Below, one piece after another: positions 7,286-11,030 of a DNA stretch of 11,030 bases. A program made the position numbers and the translations under genes. Below the pieces are notes generated by a model. It worked only from the letters and a program-made list of their open reading frames with translations. It was not told where the DNA came from and searched no databases. The stretch covers positions 1 to 11,030 of the forward strand of contig NW_021827127.1 in the NCBI RefSeq assembly GCF_006345805.1, in the 5' to 3' direction. The DNA is from Octopus sinensis. Lineage: Eukaryota. Numbering within the stretch: the stretch's first letter is position 1; every line of letters begins with the position of its first letter.

Positions 7286-7522
7286 ACAGGCATGATTGTG
7301 AGGTAAGAAACTTGCTTCTCAACCACATGGTTCCTGGTTCAGTCCCACTGCGTGCTACCTTGGGTAAGTTTCTTTTACAATAGACTCGGGCCGACCAAAG
7401 CCCGAGAGAGTAAGTACCAGGCTTAACAAAAGAATAATGGGTTGATTCATTCGACTAAATATTCCTTCAAGGCGGTGCCCCAGTATGGCCGCAGTCTAAT
7501 GACTGAAACAAGTAAAGGATAA
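7286..7522 (+). mobile_element. tRNA-derived SINE with internal deletion
   Basis: Head (ggtaagaaacttgct...ggttcagtcccactgc) and tail (taagtaccaggctt...aatgactgaaacaagtaaagga) match 1073-1458; ~157 bp of the middle is absent. Confidence 0.8.
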
Positions 7523-7706
7523 TATATATGTGTGTGTGTGTGTGTGTGTGTATAAGGTCTGCTCAGTCAGGTTTTGATCTGGGGGCGTTGACCACCACCA
7601 CCACCACCACCACCACCACCGACCAACACCAACAACAACACAATGACAAAAATTGCTAGCACTCTCACAAATCACACACACACCACACACACACACACAC
7701 ACACAT

Positions 7707-7747
<41 letters not shown>
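7523..7747. repeat. Microsatellite cluster (TG)n, (CAC)n/(AAC)n, (CA)n-(CT)n
   Basis: Read directly. Confidence 0.9.
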
Positions 7748-7751
<4 letters not shown>

Positions 7752-7863
7752 CACTCTTCTATATTTCATTCTCATTCTGACACTGTTCCTAGATTTCCCC
7801 TTATATATGTTCCCATCATCTCTCTATCATCTCCCTTTCACTCTCTGTACGTATTTTTGTAGA

Positions 7864-8530
7864 CATGTATTTATAAATGTATGCATGTATGTGTATGTAT
7901 GTATGTATGTATGTATGTGTGTATGTATGTATGTATTATGTATGTATGTATGTATGTATGTATGCATGTGTGTGTATGTATGTATGTATTATGTATGTAT
8001 GTATCTATGCATGCATGCATGTATGTGTGTATATATGTATGTATGTATATGTATGTATGTATGTATGTATGTATGCATGTATGTATGTATGTATGTATGT
8101 ATGTATGTATGTGTGTATGCGTGTATGTATGTATGTGTATGCATGTATGTATGTATGTATGTATGTATGTATGTATGTATGTGTGTATGTATGTATGTAT
8201 GTATGTGTGCATGTATGTATGTATGTGTGTATGTATGTATGTATGCGTGTATGTATGTATGTGTATGCATGTATGTATGTGTGTATGTATGTATGTATGT
8301 ATGTATGTATGTGTGTATGTATGTATGTGTGTATGTATGTATGTATGTATGTATGTATGTGTGTATGTATGTATGTATGTACGGATGGATGAATGTATGT
8401 ATGTATGTATGTATGTATGTATGTATGTATGTATGATGTATGTGTGTATGTATGTATGTGTGTATGTATGTATGTATTTATGTATGCATGTATGTATGTA
8501 TGTACGGATGGATGGATGAATGGATGTATG
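7864..8530. repeat. Long imperfect (ATGT)n array
   Basis: About 670 bp of ATGT with GTGT/GCAT/GGAT variants. Explains the MYVC/HTYI ORFs. Confidence 0.97.
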
Positions 8531-8631
8531 TCAATCAGTTTTATTTCAAGATTTCTTGCCAGTAGAGAAAGAGCCGGTTTCTAACCTAAATCCAAGGATG
8601 CTTCATTAGAATTTCAACATCAACAACAGAG

Positions 8632-8702
8632 TATATATATGTATGTATATATGTATGTATATTTGCAAATGTATGTATGTATGTATGTATGTATGTATGT
8701 AT
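8632..8702. repeat. (ATGT)n microsatellite
   Basis: Read directly. Confidence 0.9.
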
Positions 8703-8750
8703 AAAATACATCATAATCACTCATTGTAACTGACTTCTCTGTACCCCGTT

Positions 8751-8982
<232 letters not shown>

Positions 8983-9134
8983 TATCTTACCAACCATATT
9001 ATGTTATTATCTTTCACTCATCCTAACCACGTGTATCCTTACATCACAATTATTCTCCGTATCTCATTTTATACCGCTCAAACTCCTTCCTATCTGTCTG
9101 TCTGTCTGATTGCTTGTTTCTATCTTTGTCAAAT

Positions 9135-9185
<51 letters not shown>

Positions 9186-9602
9186 TGTTTGTTTCTCTTT
9201 CCCCTTACCAACATCTGTGGCTATCGCACACGTCTGGAGTGAACAGTTATATTCAGCGAAAGCGCCTTTTTCCTCAACTTCCCTCACAACCTTCCCCCAC
9301 ACACACACATACGCACACACATACTCATACATGCACATACACATACACACACTCATGCGTGCGTGCACACACGGATACGTTAATAATTAAAGCGCTGACA
9401 TTGAAATTCATGGACGCACACACAAACTCACCCACAATTACAGATGTGTTGGCATGTTTAAGCGCGACATATCTACATATATAATCTACATATATAACGT
9501 ATATATGTGTATATATAATGCATATATATATATATATATATTTATACACACCACACACACATACACATATATGTATATGTATGTATATATATTATATGTA
9601 TA

Positions 9603-9721
9603 TCACGTGATCACGTGACTGACCAGACCATCAGATGTTGCTATACATCGCTGGTCACAATGCGTTTGCATTGTTTTAGCCTTCGAATGACGCCACCCTG
9701 CTGGCTAAGCGAGCAGGCCAA
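9603..9721. repeat. ~120-bp interspersed element within TA/CA microsatellites
   Basis: Complex GC-richer insert between TA-rich tracts, starting with the palindrome TCACGTGATCACGTGA. Resembles a recurrent octopus repeat (recall only). Confidence 0.45.
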
Positions 9722-9945
9722 TATTATATGTATATATGTATATAAATCATATACATACATATACATATATGTTTGTGTGTAAATATATGCGTATATATAC
9801 GTGTGTGTGTGTGTATATATACATATGATATACAATACACACACACACACACACATATACAAACACTTGCTCAGAAATCCATAGACAGGCTTAAATATTT
9901 ACACATATCTACCTATCTAAATACATATACATATATATATATATA

Positions 9946-9990
<45 letters not shown>
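9722..9990. repeat. (TA)n/(CA)n/(TG)n microsatellite region
   Basis: Read directly; interrupted by a short unique stretch. Confidence 0.85.
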
Positions 9991-9991
<1 letters not shown>

Positions 9992-10429
9992 ACCCGCACG
10001 CATACAAATACGCGCATACGCTTATCTACCTACAATGCACGCAAATCGAGAAAGTTTTTAATTAAGACAAGAAATAGGTTTATTATCTGAGCTAATTGTC
10101 TGATTCTTCACTAATTAAAGTGTAGATATCACTTAAAGGATCCCTGAGTATGGCGAAGCAGATACGGCACCAAGCAACGTCGAAGAGGGCGAGAGTCTAT
10201 ATATCGTATTTCCGGGCGTGCGTGCATGCGTTTGCGCGAATCTGTTGTCTACATGGAGCGTGTTTGTGTGTTTGTGTACATATGTATGTATCTGTCTGCG
10301 TTTGTGCGTGTGTGTGCGGGGAGAGGGAGAGGGCGGAGGTGCAGATATTCAGAGAGAGATGGTGAGATATGTATGCATGTATACATACGTGCATTCATAG
10401 TTGCGTGCACACATACATACAGACACACA

Positions 10430-10640
10430 AACACAACACTCACATATATATCCACACACATACATATATACATATATGTTTGTGTATATATATATATGTG
10501 TGTGTGTGTGTGTATATATATAGATATATATATATATAATATATATATATGTAATATATATATATATTATATATATATATGTATGTTATATATATATATA
10601 TATATTATGTAATATAATAAATATAAGATATATATAATAA

Positions 10641-10672
<32 letters not shown>

Positions 10673-10728
10673 TATATATATAATAAAAATAAATATATAT
10701 ATATATATATTATATATTATATTATATA

Positions 10729-10764
<36 letters not shown>
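10430..10764. repeat. Degenerate (CA)n/(TG)n/(TA)n tract
   Basis: Read directly. Confidence 0.95.
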
Positions 10765-10768
<4 letters not shown>

Positions 10769-10935
10769 GAGTAGACGAAGCAGGGGCGGCTGAAGAAAGG
10801 GGAATTTTCCTTGCGTTGTATGTCTTGTACTCTGGTTTTCGTTGTTTAAAAAAAATGTCCGCTTCTATGGTTTTGTTTTTATGTTTTCGTTTCTCATTGT
10901 GTTCGTCGTTTTTTTTGGTGTCCTGTACCCATATA
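10765..10935. repeat. Unclassified T-rich repeat abutting (TA)n
   Basis: Sharp transition out of the TA run. Resembles a recurrent octopus microsatellite-flanking repeat (recall only). Confidence 0.35.
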
Positions 10936-11030
10936 TGCATGTATATTACATGTAGATGTAGGTACGTACATATATCTATGTATATATGCTATATTTTATT
11001 TTATTATTTTGTTATTATATATATAATACA

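Noticed and set aside
7807-8584. Overlapping ORFs up to 212 aa (MYVC/HTYI repeats)
   Set aside because: Translation of (ATGT)n, which lacks stops in several frames.
10150-10365. 71-aa ORF starting MAKQIRHQATSKRAR
   Set aside because: Runs into (TG)n-derived sequence; no recognisable homology or splice structure.
10785-10826. CTGAAGA followed by hairpin AAGG...CCTT, as a possible hammerhead
   Set aside because: GCG occupies the position of the essential GAA, and stem I does not pair convincingly.

Overview
Non-coding, repeat-saturated eukaryotic DNA. The SINE families and microsatellite load look like an octopus (coleoid cephalopod) genome; this is recalled from memory, not searched. No protein-coding gene is supported: the long ORFs are microsatellite read-throughs. 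The window holds tRNA-derived SINEs (including a tandem multimer and a nested insertion), four whole or partial mariner-type MITE copies, a ~160-bp foldback element and many simple repeats. The most interesting signal is at 6290-6940. Two ~145-bp inverted copies of a short element sit in (TA)n tracts, and each carries a type I hammerhead ribozyme fold with a palindromic helix III. The minus-strand copy has an intact CUGAUGA...GAAA...UA core. A third, more decayed hammerhead-like motif from a different family lies just upstream. This suggests ribozyme-bearing Penelope-like or retrozyme-type retroelements lodged in microsatellites.
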